Assembly: GCA_012841525.1 (NCBI GenBank)
Contig: DUUO01000005.1
Span: forward strand, 129,247-193,246
Direction of reading: 5' to 3'
DNA from: Clostridiales bacterium
GTDB taxonomy: Bacteria; Bacillota; Clostridia; Christensenellales; DTU072
DNA: 64,000 nt
The notes beneath the pieces are model-generated. The model was not told the DNA's origin. It saw only the letters and a program-made list of their open reading frames with translations, and searched no databases. Made by a program: the position numbers and the translations under genes. Shown here piece after piece: positions 19,343-30,122 of this stretch (positions are counted from its first letter, which is position 1; the number at the start of each line of letters is the position of its first letter).

Positions 19343-21715
19343 GTGAAACAATTAGAAAAAACTTATAAACTCTTAGAATTTAATAAAATCCTTGAAAATA
19401 TTGCAAGTTTTGCCTCATTATCGTATGCAAAAGAATTGTTAATGCAAACAAAACCCTTTAAAGATATTAATAAATTAAATGCTGAATTTGATTTAGTTGA
19501 ACAAACTTTAACTGTTGAAGAAACTGGCAAATGTAATGTGAATTTTGGATTTGAAGATATTAGAATATTTTTACAAAAAGCAAAACTTTCCTCGTTATTA
19601 TCAATGTCAGAAATTTTAAAAGTATCGAAAATGATAAAATCAACTTTAATGACTAAAAATAGCATAATGATTTTATGTGATGATACAACTCCCGACTTAA
19701 AAGAACTTGTTTTTGGGATATCAAATCAAAAAAAATTACAAAATGAAATTGAAAGATGCATCATTTCTGAAACAGAAGTTAATGACAACGCCTCCAAAGA
19801 GCTTTCTAAAATAAGAAAAGAAATAAGGAATAAAAGCGATCAAATTAAAAAACAAATTAACAAATTTATTACATCAAAAGTTTATGCTGATTGCCTACAA
19901 GATAATATAGTTACAATACGAAATGATAGATATGTGTTACCAGTAAAAGCAGAATATAGAAGTTTTATTCAAGGATTAATACATGATAAAAGCACATCAG
20001 GCCAAACTTTGTATATTGAACCAATGACAATTGTTGAGTTAAATAATGATTTAAAAACATTACATCTTGATGAAGAGGCTGCAATACAAAAAATTTTATA
20101 TTCACTCACTCTAGAGATATCAATAAATGCAGATCAAATTGAAAGTGATTATGAAAAAATGACAAAATTAGATATGCTTTTTGCAAAAGTGCATTATGCT
20201 AAAGCCAATAAAGCAGTTCGTCCAATCATAAACAAAAAAGGAATAATAAATATTGAAAACGGTAGACATCCATTAATTAATCCCCAAAAAGTTGTTCCAA
20301 CTACAACATATATAGGGGAAACATTCAATATTTTAATTATTACAGGACCAAATACTGGAGGAAAAACTGTTGCACTAAAACTTGTTGGTTTGTTTGTTAT
20401 AATGGCAATGTCTGGAATATATGTTGGAGCAAAATATGCCAATATTTCCATGTTCGATAATGTCTTTTGCGATATAGGCGATGAACAAAGTATTGAACAA
20501 AATCTTTCAACATTTTCTTCACATATATCTAATATTAAATACATTATTGACAACATAAACGAACAGTCATTAGTTTTATTAGATGAATTAGGGGCAGGAA
20601 CTGATCCTAAAGAGGGTTCGGCTTTGGCGTTATCAGTAGTTGATTATTTGGATAAGCATAAAGTTAAAGCACTAATAACAACACATTATAATGAGTTAAA
20701 AGAATATGCTTTAGTAAGACCAAACTTTCAAAATGCATCCATGGAGTTTAATCACAATACTTATGAACCAACTTTTAATTTGTTGGTTGGCTCTCCAGGA
20801 TTTTCAAATGCTTTATTTATTGCTTCAAAACTTGGATTAAAACAAGAAATAATTGACAACGCTAGAAAAAAAATGGATAAAGTTGATATAGAAACTGAAG
20901 ATTTACTTCAATCTATTGAAAAAATGCGTTCTGATTTAAATTCGAAACAAAAGAAAATAGATCAAATTTTAATAAATAATCTCGATAAACAAAATGAAAT
21001 AGAAAAAGAACTCAAAAATATCAAAAAAACAAAAGAAGACTTGCAAAATCAAGCAGAAAACTTTAAAACAAAATACATAAAGAATAAACTCATTGAAGTA
21101 GATGAGATTATTGACACAATTAAAGAACTTGCAAATAATCCAACACCTCAAAATCTATTTAAAGCAAGAGACTTAAAAAGTAAGCTTAAAAAAATAGATG
21201 ATAACGAACAAATATCTTCAAATGAAAAGACTAACAAAGCAAAAAATTCTTTTCATGTGTTTAATGTAGGTGATGATGTGTATGTTAAGTCTATTAATCA
21301 AGAAGGGACCATAATTGAAAAACTAAAAAAAGATAAATTCCAAATAAATTTCGGAAATTTTGCTGGAGCTTTTGACATTTCAGATTTGACCCCCCTAATA
21401 CAAAAAAAACCTGATTTTGACCAAAAAGTTAAGAATACCGCAAATTATCGTCATATTTTTTCTGGTAGGGCAATACAAATTGAATTAAATTTAATAGGAC
21501 TTACAGTAGCTGAATCACAAGTTGTTTTAGAACAGTATCTTTCAGATGCATATGCTTCAAAATACCAGCAAGTTAAAATTATACACGGATATGGTACTGG
21601 CAAACTTAGAAATACAGTTGAAGAAATATTGTCTAAAAGTAAAATAGTTGCATCTTATAGAGAAGGTAAGTTTGGTGAAGGGGGTAAAGGAGTAACTATA
21701 GTTAATTTTATATAG
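19343..21715 (+). CDS. mutS2: Endonuclease MutS2 (MutS-II ATPase with C-terminal Smr domain)
   Basis: Walker A GPNTGGKT, LLDELGAGTDP, and a C-terminal Smr domain (ELNLIGLTVAE...IIHGYGTGKLR). The likely start is the GTG at 19343, 6 nt after AAGGAG; the track ORF starts at ATG 19316. Confidence 0.9.
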   Translation: MKQLEKTYKLLEFNKILENIASFASLSYAKELLMQTKPFKDINKLNAEFDLVEQTLTVEETGKCNVNFGFEDIRIFLQKAKLSSLLSMSEILKVSKMIKSTLMTKNSIMILCDDTTPDLKELVFGISNQKKLQNEIERCIISETEVNDNASKELSKIRKEIRNKSDQIKKQINKFITSKVYADCLQDNIVTIRNDRYVLPVKAEYRSFIQGLIHDKSTSGQTLYIEPMTIVELNNDLKTLHLDEEAAIQKILYSLTLEISINADQIESDYEKMTKLDMLFAKVHYAKANKAVRPIINKKGIINIENGRHPLINPQKVVPTTTYIGETFNILIITGPNTGGKTVALKLVGLFVIMAMSGIYVGAKYANISMFDNVFCDIGDEQSIEQNLSTFSSHISNIKYIIDNINEQSLVLLDELGAGTDPKEGSALALSVVDYLDKHKVKALITTHYNELKEYALVRPNFQNASMEFNHNTYEPTFNLLVGSPGFSNALFIASKLGLKQEIIDNARKKMDKVDIETEDLLQSIEKMRSDLNSKQKKIDQILINNLDKQNEIEKELKNIKKTKEDLQNQAENFKTKYIKNKLIEVDEIIDTIKELANNPTPQNLFKARDLKSKLKKIDDNEQISSNEKTNKAKNSFHVFNVGDDVYVKSINQEGTIIEKLKKDKFQINFGNFAGAFDISDLTPLIQKKPDFDQKVKNTANYRHIFSGRAIQIELNLIGLTVAESQVVLEQYLSDAYASKYQQVKIIHGYGTGKLRNTVEEILSKSKIVASYREGKFGEGGKGVTIVNFI

Positions 21716-21755
21716 ATACAAAACAATAAAAATTAACACAATATTAAAAAATAAT

Positions 21756-22907
21756 ATGAATGATATAACTGATAAAAACTTAATATATTTTGATAATGCA
21801 GCAACTACTCGTAGCATGGATGGTTGTTTAGAAATATTAACTAAATATACATTTTCTGATTTTTATAATCCATCTGCTACATATAATAAGTCAATTGAAG
21901 TTAAAAAAGACTTGGAGCATGCTAGAAATAATATTATTGATATGTTAAATGCAAAAGATGGAAGATTGATTTTTACTTCAAGTGGTTCAGAAGCTAACAA
22001 TATGGTGTTTAATGGCTTATCATTACCAAAAGACTCTAAAATCATAATTGGAAATGCAGAACATTCTTCAGTGTTTAATGTTGGCAGACAATTAAAATCA
22101 GCAGGATATAATGTTTGTTTTGCACCTGTAAATTCAAATGGCCAAATTTGTTTAGAAAAATTTGAAAATCTTTTAACTAAAGACACAAAATTGATATCAA
22201 TTATGCATGTTAATAATGAAACTGGTATTGTAAATGATATTGAATTACTTAATAAATTGTCAAAAAAAGTTAATCCAAATATTATATTTCATGCAGATGG
22301 TGTTCAAGCTGTTGGCAAACTTCCAGTTAATTTAAATAAATTGGATATAGATTTATATTCTATGAGTGCACATAAATTTGGTGGAATTAAAGGCGCTGGT
22401 GCATTATATGTAAAACCTCATATAAACTTAAAGCCTTTTATATATGGTGGTGGACAAGAGTTTAATCTTAGATCTTCTACTGAAAATATCACTGCAATAT
22501 TGTGTATGGAGTTTGCTTTAAGGAAAAAATTAGAAAATTTAGAAATTAATATTGAAAAAATGAAAAATATTCAAAAAAACTTAAATAACTATTTTTCAAA
22601 ATTGAATAATATTAGGATTCTAACAAATATTGAAAATTGTAGTAATTATATATTTACATTTGCTATGAAAAAAGTAAAATCAGAAGTTTTACAACGTATT
22701 TTAGATGGATATGGAATACTGATAGGTACTGGAAGTGCTTGTAATTCAACAAAACATAATTTAAGAATAGCAGATGCTCTTGGGTTAAGTAACGAATATA
22801 AACATGGAATAGTCAGATTGAGTTTTTCTGATCAAACAAATGAAGAGCAAATTGAAAGATTCATAAACATATTTTCTAATGAATATAAAAAAATATATTC
22901 GCTATAA
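21756..22907 (+). CDS. Cysteine desulfurase (class V aminotransferase, NifS/IscS family) paired with thiI
   Basis: 383 aa with the PLP-Lys motif SAHKFGG and active-site loop GTGSACNS. It lies directly upstream of thiI, as with the B. subtilis nifZ-thiI pair. Confidence 0.85.
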   Translation: MNDITDKNLIYFDNAATTRSMDGCLEILTKYTFSDFYNPSATYNKSIEVKKDLEHARNNIIDMLNAKDGRLIFTSSGSEANNMVFNGLSLPKDSKIIIGNAEHSSVFNVGRQLKSAGYNVCFAPVNSNGQICLEKFENLLTKDTKLISIMHVNNETGIVNDIELLNKLSKKVNPNIIFHADGVQAVGKLPVNLNKLDIDLYSMSAHKFGGIKGAGALYVKPHINLKPFIYGGGQEFNLRSSTENITAILCMEFALRKKLENLEINIEKMKNIQKNLNNYFSKLNNIRILTNIENCSNYIFTFAMKKVKSEVLQRILDGYGILIGTGSACNSTKHNLRIADALGLSNEYKHGIVRLSFSDQTNEEQIERFINIFSNEYKKIYSL

Positions 22908-23006
22908 ATTATTAAATAAATATGGATTTTTTAACAAATTATATAAACCTTAGTAGAAATCTTTGAAATATAATAAAATATAATGACAGTCAATGAGAGG
23001 CAAAAA

Positions 23007-24167
23007 ATGGAATATAGTGTTAATTGTATAATTATTAGGCCAGGTGAACTTTTTTTAAAAGGCAAAAATAAATTTTTGTTTGAAAATTGTTTATTTGATA
23101 ATATTAAATATGCTCTAAAAGATTATGATATTTCCGTTTTAAAATCACAAAATAGATTTTATGTTGAAAATTTTAACATATCTGACTTAAATAATATTTT
23201 GAATATTTTACAAAAGGTCTTTGGCATTACAACAATTAGTGAAGCATACAAAGTTCCTATAGACAAAGATTTAATAAAAGAAACTGTATTAAAAATAATC
23301 CCTAAAAAAGGAAAATTTAGGGTTACAACTAAAAGGGCATATAAACAATTTCCAATGAGCTCCATGGAGTTTTCTGCATATTTGGGAGCAGAAATATTAA
23401 AAACATACAATGAATTATCTGTTGATCTATTTGATTATGATTTTAATTTAAATATTGATATAAGAGAAAACAAATTTGCATACATATTTTTTGAAACAAT
23501 AAAAGGAGCAGGAGGGCTTCCAGTTGGAATTTCTGGCAAAGTTGGATTGCTTCTTTCGGGTGGAATTGATAGTCCAGTTGCAGGCTATATGATTGCAAAA
23601 AGAGGTGTGGAATTAAAGGCGATTCATTTTTATTCCTTTCCATATACTAGCGATTTAGCATTATTAAAAGTAAAGGATTTAGCAAAGAAACTTTCAGAAT
23701 ATGTAAAATCAATTGATTTATATATTGTACCATTTACAGCAATACAAGAAGAAATTCACAAAAAATGTCCTGAAGCCTACATGATAACAATCATGAGAAG
23801 ATTTATGATGAGAATCGCAGAAAAAATATCTCAAAACAATGATTTATCGGCTATTGTTACGGGTGAAAGCTTGGGGCAGGTTGCATCACAAACAATACCA
23901 AGTATTGCTAGCACTGATAATGCAATTAATATTCCTGTATTAAGACCACTAATTGCTTTTGATAAAATAGAAATTATAGAAATTGCAAAAAAAATAAATA
24001 CATATGAAATAAGCATAAGACCTTATCAAGACTGCTGCACAGTATTTGTTCCAGAAAAACCTGCTATTAAACCCAAACTTGAACTAGTAGCAAAACTTGA
24101 AGAAGAATTAGATATTGAAACTTTAGTAAATGATGCTATTTCATCTACAACAATAGAAACCATTTAG
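23007..24167 (+). CDS. thiI: tRNA 4-thiouridine(8) synthase ThiI
   Basis: THUMP domain plus PP-loop motif LSGGIDSPVA. The start is assigned to ATG 23007 (MEYSV) after GAGAGG; the track ORF starts at 22983. Confidence 0.9.
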   Translation: MEYSVNCIIIRPGELFLKGKNKFLFENCLFDNIKYALKDYDISVLKSQNRFYVENFNISDLNNILNILQKVFGITTISEAYKVPIDKDLIKETVLKIIPKKGKFRVTTKRAYKQFPMSSMEFSAYLGAEILKTYNELSVDLFDYDFNLNIDIRENKFAYIFFETIKGAGGLPVGISGKVGLLLSGGIDSPVAGYMIAKRGVELKAIHFYSFPYTSDLALLKVKDLAKKLSEYVKSIDLYIVPFTAIQEEIHKKCPEAYMITIMRRFMMRIAEKISQNNDLSAIVTGESLGQVASQTIPSIASTDNAINIPVLRPLIAFDKIEIIEIAKKINTYEISIRPYQDCCTVFVPEKPAIKPKLELVAKLEEELDIETLVNDAISSTTIETI

Positions 24168-24193
24168 ATAAAAAATAAAACAGTCTAAAAATT

Positions 24194-25528
24194 ATGAACG
24201 ACAACTTATTAAAAAACAATTTAAAATATTTTATACAAACTTTTGGATGTCAAATGAATGTGCATGAATCTGAAAAAATTTCAGGCTTGTTAAATTCGCA
24301 TGGATATTCTAAAACATATGATATTGAAAATGCTGATATAATTGTTTTTAATACATGCTGCATAAGAGATACGGCAGAAAAGAAAATTTTATCAAAAATA
24401 GGGGATTTAAAAGCCTTAAAAAGAAAAAATAAAGATTTGATTATTGCAATTGTTGGTTGTATGACACAACAAAAAGGCAAAGCAGAAAATATTTTAAAAT
24501 CATATAACTATGTAGATATTATACTTGGCAGCAACAATCATTTAGATTTAGTTAAATATATAAATGAGCTTCCTAAAAAGAAAAAAATTATTAAAATTGA
24601 ATCATTAGAAAACAATAATCTTATTGAAAATTTTCCAATATGCAGAGACTCTAAATATAAAGCTTATGTTAATATAACATATGGATGCAATAATTATTGT
24701 ACATACTGTATAGTACCATATGTTAGAGGTTCAGAAATAAGTAGAGATCCTGAAAAAATTATTTCTGAAATTACAAATTTATTAAAAAATGGAGTAAAAG
24801 AAATTACATTATTGGGTCAAAATGTAAATAGTTATAAATTTGAAAATGTAGATTTTAATAAACTTTTATCAATGATAGACAATATTGATGTTGTAGAAAA
24901 TTTTTGGATACGTTTTATGACATCGCATCCTAAAGATTTTAACTCAGAAATAATTGAAACAATTGCAAATAGTAAACATCTTTGTAAAAGTATACATTTA
25001 CCTTTGCAGTCTGGTTCTAATAAAATATTGAATTTAATGAATCGCAAATATACAAGAGAACAATACTTAAATATAATAAAGAATATAAAAGATAATATTC
25101 CTAACTGCGGAATAACTACAGATATAATGGTAGGATTTCCTTATGAAACTGAAAAAGATTTTTTAGATACAATTGATATACTGGAAAAAGCAAAATTTAT
25201 TAATGCTTTTACTTTTGTATATTCTAAAAGAAATGGAACGCCTGCAAGTGAAATGCCACAAATTTCTGCTGAAATAAAAAAAGATCGCATAATGAGATTG
25301 ATTAAAAAGCAAAATGAAATTGCTAAAAATTTATCAAATAAATATATCAATAATACGTACACAGCTTTTGTTGAATCATATGATAATAAAAACAAACATT
25401 TTATAACAAGGCTTGAAGATGGGAAACAAGTAAATATTAATTCATCAGATAAGTCTATTCTAGGCACTTTTGTTAAAGTTAAAATTATAAATGCAGGTAT
25501 TTCTGCGTTATTAGGAGAAATAATATGA
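24194..25528 (+). CDS. miaB: tRNA-i6A37 methylthiotransferase MiaB
   Basis: 444 aa. N-terminal UPF0004 Cys motif (FGCQMN...NTCCIR), radical-SAM CNNYCTYC and a C-terminal TRAM domain. Confidence 0.9.
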   Translation: MNDNLLKNNLKYFIQTFGCQMNVHESEKISGLLNSHGYSKTYDIENADIIVFNTCCIRDTAEKKILSKIGDLKALKRKNKDLIIAIVGCMTQQKGKAENILKSYNYVDIILGSNNHLDLVKYINELPKKKKIIKIESLENNNLIENFPICRDSKYKAYVNITYGCNNYCTYCIVPYVRGSEISRDPEKIISEITNLLKNGVKEITLLGQNVNSYKFENVDFNKLLSMIDNIDVVENFWIRFMTSHPKDFNSEIIETIANSKHLCKSIHLPLQSGSNKILNLMNRKYTREQYLNIIKNIKDNIPNCGITTDIMVGFPYETEKDFLDTIDILEKAKFINAFTFVYSKRNGTPASEMPQISAEIKKDRIMRLIKKQNEIAKNLSNKYINNTYTAFVESYDNKNKHFITRLEDGKQVNINSSDKSILGTFVKVKIINAGISALLGEII

Positions 25529-28167
25529 TTGATTATAATAAACTATCTCCAATGATGAAACATTACTTTAGTATAAAAAAACAATATCCAGATTGTATTA
25601 TTTTATATAGACTGGGTGATTTTTATGAAATGTTTTTTGATGATGCAATAAAAGCAAGCAAAATTTTAGACATTGCTCTAACTGGTCGAGATTGTGGATT
25701 AGAAGAAAGAGCACCTATGTGTGGTGTTCCTTTTCATGCTGTGGATGCTTATATACCTAAACTATTGAATGCTGGAGAAAAAGTCGCTATATGCGAACAA
25801 TTATCTGATCCTAAAGCCTCTAAGGGAATGGTAGAACGGGGTGTTGTTCGTGTTATAACGCCAGGTACCATAACTGAATCAGAAATGTTAGAAGATGGCA
25901 GCAATAATTATCTTTTATCTGTTTTTAATTCACAAGAAAATTTTGGACTTAGTTGGGTCGATTTATCAACTGGAGAATTAAAAACCACAAAAATTAATGC
26001 TGATGATATAGACTCATTGAAAGAATTAATTCTTTTTATTAACCCTAGTGAAATAATTGGAAACGAAAAAAGCACTAATGTAATAAACAATTTAAATATA
26101 ACTAATATGAATATGCTTCCAAAAGCACAAAAATATTATGAATATTCTTTTGAACTTGAAAATGCAAAAAAATCAATACTTCAATTTTTTAATGCTAAGT
26201 CACTAAAGGCTTTAGATTTAGAAAAAGAAGATATTATTATTTCTTCTTTGGGTGGTTTAATCGAATATCTAACAAACACTCAAAAAATACAATTAAAACA
26301 TGTTAAGACTCCCGATGTGCTTAGAGAGATGAATAAAATGTTTTTAGATTTTAATACAGTAAGAAACTTAGAGTTATTAGAAAGTTTTACTGAAAGAACT
26401 AAAAAAGGTAGTTTACTAGGATTATTAGACAAGACAAAAACTAGCATGGGAGCAAGAGCCATAAAAAAAGCCATACTAGAGCCATTTACTAAAGCTTCTA
26501 CAATAAATAATAGGCTAGATGCTATTGAAGAACATATTAATTTAAAAGACAATATTAATCTGTTAACAAATGAACTTTCCAAAATTAGCGATATTGAAAG
26601 ATTATGCACTAAAATAGCATATAATTCAATCAACCCAAGAGAATGTAGATCTTTATTACAATCACTATTTGCCATTGCTAATATAAAAGAATACATGTCA
26701 AAATATGCCTCGAAAAGCAATATTAATATTTTCAAAAAATTACAACCATTACACTCGCTATCAAATATGCTAAATGATGCATTGATTGATTCGCCTCCAC
26801 TTCTTGCAAGAGATGGTGGATTTATTAAAAAAGGCTTTCATCCTGAACTAGATAAATATAAAAGCATACAAAAAGATGCAAAAAAGTGGCTTGCTGAATA
26901 TGAAGCAAAAGAAAAATATAAAACTGGCTTAAAAACATTAAAAATTGGATATAATAAAGTTTTTGGATATTATCTAGAAGTATCAAAATCTTTTATCAAT
27001 CAAGTTCCATCATATTATGATAGACGACAAACTTTAAGCAACTCTGAAAGATATATAACTGCTGAGCTAAAAGAAATGGAAGAAAACATTTTAACAGCTG
27101 AAGAAAAGGTACTTGAAATTGAGTTAGAAATTTTTGACAACATTAAAAAAGTGCTAAATGATAATATATCTATTTTACAAGAAAATGCTAAAGCAATTGC
27201 TGAACTTGATGTGCTAATAAGTTTAACTATTGTGGCCATTAATAACAATTATTCCAAACCTATAATAAATAAAAAAATAAAACATTTAACAATTAAAAAC
27301 GGCAGACATCCAGTAATTGAAGATTTAAATAATATGTTAAATTTTGTCCCAAATGACACTACGTTAGATGAAAGCTGTAGTACTATAATAATAACAGGTC
27401 CAAATATGGGTGGAAAATCTACAATTATGCGTCAAGTAGCATTAATTGTTCTTTTGGCGCATATTGGATCTTATGTTCCAGCTGAATTTGTTGAAACATG
27501 TATATTTGATAGAATTTTTACAAGAGTGGGTGCTAGCGATAATCTTTCATTTGGTCAATCAACTTTTATGGTTGAAATGTCAGAAGTTACAAATATAATT
27601 AATAATGCAACAAAAAACAGTTTAATTATATTAGATGAAATTGGAAGAGGAACCTCAACACTTGATGGACTTTCTATTGCATGGGCTGTAGCAGAATATA
27701 TCACTACAACAATAAAATCAAAAACACTAATAGCAACACATTATCATGAATTATCTGAACTAGAAAATTTAATTGATAAAGTAAAAAATTATCATATGTT
27801 AATTTCTGAAGAAAAGGATGGAATTTCTTTCTTATATAAAATTGCAAGAGGAAGTACTAGTAAAAGTTTTGGTGTAGAAGTTGCTAAAATGGCAGGACTT
27901 AAAGAAGAAATAATTGATAGGGCTAATATTATTTTAAGAGCAATAGGAAAAGAGCACAGTGCTGAATTAGTAAATAAAATAACTTTGACACCTCATAAAA
28001 AATCCAAAGCAAATATTCAAATGGAATTTTTTGATATTCCGAGTAAATATACTGAAGTTGAAACTAGACTAATGCATACTGATTTAAATAATTGTACTCC
28101 AATACAAGCTTTAACAATTTTAAACGAACTTAAAAAAATTTTAACAGAGGATGAATATGAAAATTAA
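25525..28167 (+). CDS. mutS: DNA mismatch repair protein MutS
   Basis: 880 aa. It has the mismatch-binding N-terminus (GDFYEMFFDDA), Walker A GPNMGGKST, and DEIGRGTST and THYHEL motifs. It overlaps the miaB stop by 4 nt. Confidence 0.95.
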   Translation: MIDYNKLSPMMKHYFSIKKQYPDCIILYRLGDFYEMFFDDAIKASKILDIALTGRDCGLEERAPMCGVPFHAVDAYIPKLLNAGEKVAICEQLSDPKASKGMVERGVVRVITPGTITESEMLEDGSNNYLLSVFNSQENFGLSWVDLSTGELKTTKINADDIDSLKELILFINPSEIIGNEKSTNVINNLNITNMNMLPKAQKYYEYSFELENAKKSILQFFNAKSLKALDLEKEDIIISSLGGLIEYLTNTQKIQLKHVKTPDVLREMNKMFLDFNTVRNLELLESFTERTKKGSLLGLLDKTKTSMGARAIKKAILEPFTKASTINNRLDAIEEHINLKDNINLLTNELSKISDIERLCTKIAYNSINPRECRSLLQSLFAIANIKEYMSKYASKSNINIFKKLQPLHSLSNMLNDALIDSPPLLARDGGFIKKGFHPELDKYKSIQKDAKKWLAEYEAKEKYKTGLKTLKIGYNKVFGYYLEVSKSFINQVPSYYDRRQTLSNSERYITAELKEMEENILTAEEKVLEIELEIFDNIKKVLNDNISILQENAKAIAELDVLISLTIVAINNNYSKPIINKKIKHLTIKNGRHPVIEDLNNMLNFVPNDTTLDESCSTIIITGPNMGGKSTIMRQVALIVLLAHIGSYVPAEFVETCIFDRIFTRVGASDNLSFGQSTFMVEMSEVTNIINNATKNSLIILDEIGRGTSTLDGLSIAWAVAEYITTTIKSKTLIATHYHELSELENLIDKVKNYHMLISEEKDGISFLYKIARGSTSKSFGVEVAKMAGLKEEIIDRANIILRAIGKEHSAELVNKITLTPHKKSKANIQMEFFDIPSKYTEVETRLMHTDLNNCTPIQALTILNELKKILTEDEYEN

Positions 28168-30121
28168 TATATTAAGTCCAAATATTTACAACTTAATTGC
28201 GGCTGGAGAAGTTGTTGAAAATCCATCATCAATTATTAAAGAACTAACTGAAAATTCAATTGATGCATCTGCAAATAATATATCAATACATATTGAAGAT
28301 GGAGGAATTAAAGCAATAATAGTTTCAGATGATGGTATTGGTATTCCTCAAAGCGAAATAGAAAAAGCAGTTCTACCGCATTCAACTAGTAAAATTAACA
28401 CTGCAAATGACTTAAATTCAATATCAACTCTAGGTTTTAGAGGTGAAGCTCTTGCTTCAATATCTGCTGTATCTGATTTTGAAATTAAAAGTAGGTATTA
28501 CAATGAAGAATTTGGTAAATGCTTAAAAATTAAAGGAAATCAAAAAAATATAAGCAGTTGTGGTGCTAACATAGGAACAACAATAACAGTAAAAAATTTA
28601 TTTTTTAATACTCCAGCAAGATATAAATTCTTAGGTTCAGTAAAAAATGAAGAAAATAAAATCACAAGATTAGTAAAAAAAATAATTTTATCCAATCCAG
28701 ATATTGCGTTTAAGTATTATGTCAATTCTACTTTGACTCTAGCAAGCGATGGTAATGGCTTAGAAAGTGCACTAAAATCAATTTATGCTCCAAACGAATT
28801 AAAAAATTTATTTTATGTTGAAAATAATATTAATAAAATAAAAGTTTTTGGCTATATATCTAATAGAAATTTAACAAAGTTTAATAAAAACGATCAATTA
28901 ATAATTGTCAACGGCAGAATTATTGAAGATATAAAAATTACATCAACTATACAAAATGCTTACGGAGATCGTTTAATGAAACGTAATTTTCCAGTATATG
29001 TGTTAAACATAATTGTTCCATTTGATGATGTAGATATTAATGTTCATCCAAATAAAAAAGAGATTAGGTTTGCAACATCTTCAAAAGTATTAGGAAGTAT
29101 ATATAACACTGTAAAGCAAGGCTTGGAAGATTATGAAAAACGAAATAAAATTAATTTATTTAATACAAATTTAGATAATTCCGATAATTTAACACTTGAA
29201 ATAGATAGAAATCAAAAATCTTCCGATAAGGATGTAATTTTTAGTGAGAATGAAATTAATAAAATTGATGAAAGCAATATTAATTTAACAAATAAACCAA
29301 ATATTACAAGTATAAATATTGATAATTTTACGGAAAAAGAAGATCCAAGTGATGTTTTAATAGAAAATTATTCATTTTTTGATTTTTATGAAAAAAAAGA
29401 ACAAACAAAAGATAATTTAATAAATGGACAAAACAATGAACATACAAAAGATAATTTAATAAACGGACAAAACAATGAACATGCAAAAGATAATTTAATA
29501 AACGGACAAAACAAGTTATCTAATGAAAACATTTTAAATTCTAAAAACTATTTTGTTGTTGGACAAGTATTTGGAACATATATATTGATAGAATATAACG
29601 ATGAATTATATTTTATTGACCAGCATGCAGTACATGAAAGAATTATTTTTGACAACCTAATGACACAATTTAATGACACCGAAAATATAATTGTACAGCC
29701 TTTATTGGTGCCGTTTATATTAGATTTTGAAAATGAAGAATATGAAATTTTATCTGAAAATATCAAATACTTAAATGATATAGGATTTTCAGTTGAACTT
29801 TTTGGAACTAATACACTTAAAATTAACTCAATTCCAATAATTTTTGAAAATGTTAATATTCATAAATTTATTAAACTTACTGCACAATATTTGATTTCTG
29901 AAGAAAAAATAAAATTGAAAGATATTGCAAAAGACATAATTGCTAAAATGGCTTGTTCTGCAGCAATTAAAGGAAATACAAAATTTTCTACAGAAGAAAT
30001 TCAAAGTATATTTATTTATTTATTAGAAAATAATTTTCCAGAACAATGTCCTCATGGAAGACCAACATTTTTTAAGTTTTCAAAAGTAGATATTGAAAAG
30101 AAATTTAAAAGGAGGCAATAA
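28157..30121 (+). CDS. mutL: DNA mismatch repair protein MutL
   Basis: GHKL ATPase N-terminus (IAAGEVVENPSSIIKELTENSIDA, GFRGEAL) and an endonuclease C-terminal domain (DQHAVHERI, CPHGRP). It overlaps the mutS 3' end. Confidence 0.92.
   Translation: MKINILSPNIYNLIAAGEVVENPSSIIKELTENSIDASANNISIHIEDGGIKAIIVSDDGIGIPQSEIEKAVLPHSTSKINTANDLNSISTLGFRGEALASISAVSDFEIKSRYYNEEFGKCLKIKGNQKNISSCGANIGTTITVKNLFFNTPARYKFLGSVKNEENKITRLVKKIILSNPDIAFKYYVNSTLTLASDGNGLESALKSIYAPNELKNLFYVENNINKIKVFGYISNRNLTKFNKNDQLIIVNGRIIEDIKITSTIQNAYGDRLMKRNFPVYVLNIIVPFDDVDINVHPNKKEIRFATSSKVLGSIYNTVKQGLEDYEKRNKINLFNTNLDNSDNLTLEIDRNQKSSDKDVIFSENEINKIDESNINLTNKPNITSINIDNFTEKEDPSDVLIENYSFFDFYEKKEQTKDNLINGQNNEHTKDNLINGQNNEHAKDNLINGQNKLSNENILNSKNYFVVGQVFGTYILIEYNDELYFIDQHAVHERIIFDNLMTQFNDTENIIVQPLLVPFILDFENEEYEILSENIKYLNDIGFSVELFGTNTLKINSIPIIFENVNIHKFIKLTAQYLISEEKIKLKDIAKDIIAKMACSAAIKGNTKFSTEEIQSIFIYLLENNFPEQCPHGRPTFFKFSKVDIEKKFKRRQ
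29406..29515 (+). repeat. 39-bp in-frame tandem repeat (about 2.8 copies) in the MutL linker
   Basis: Copies lie at 29406-29444, 29445-29483 and 29484-29515 (partial). They encode (T/A)KDNLINGQNNEH repeats and differ at only a few positions. Confidence 0.9.
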
Positions 30122-30122
30122 C

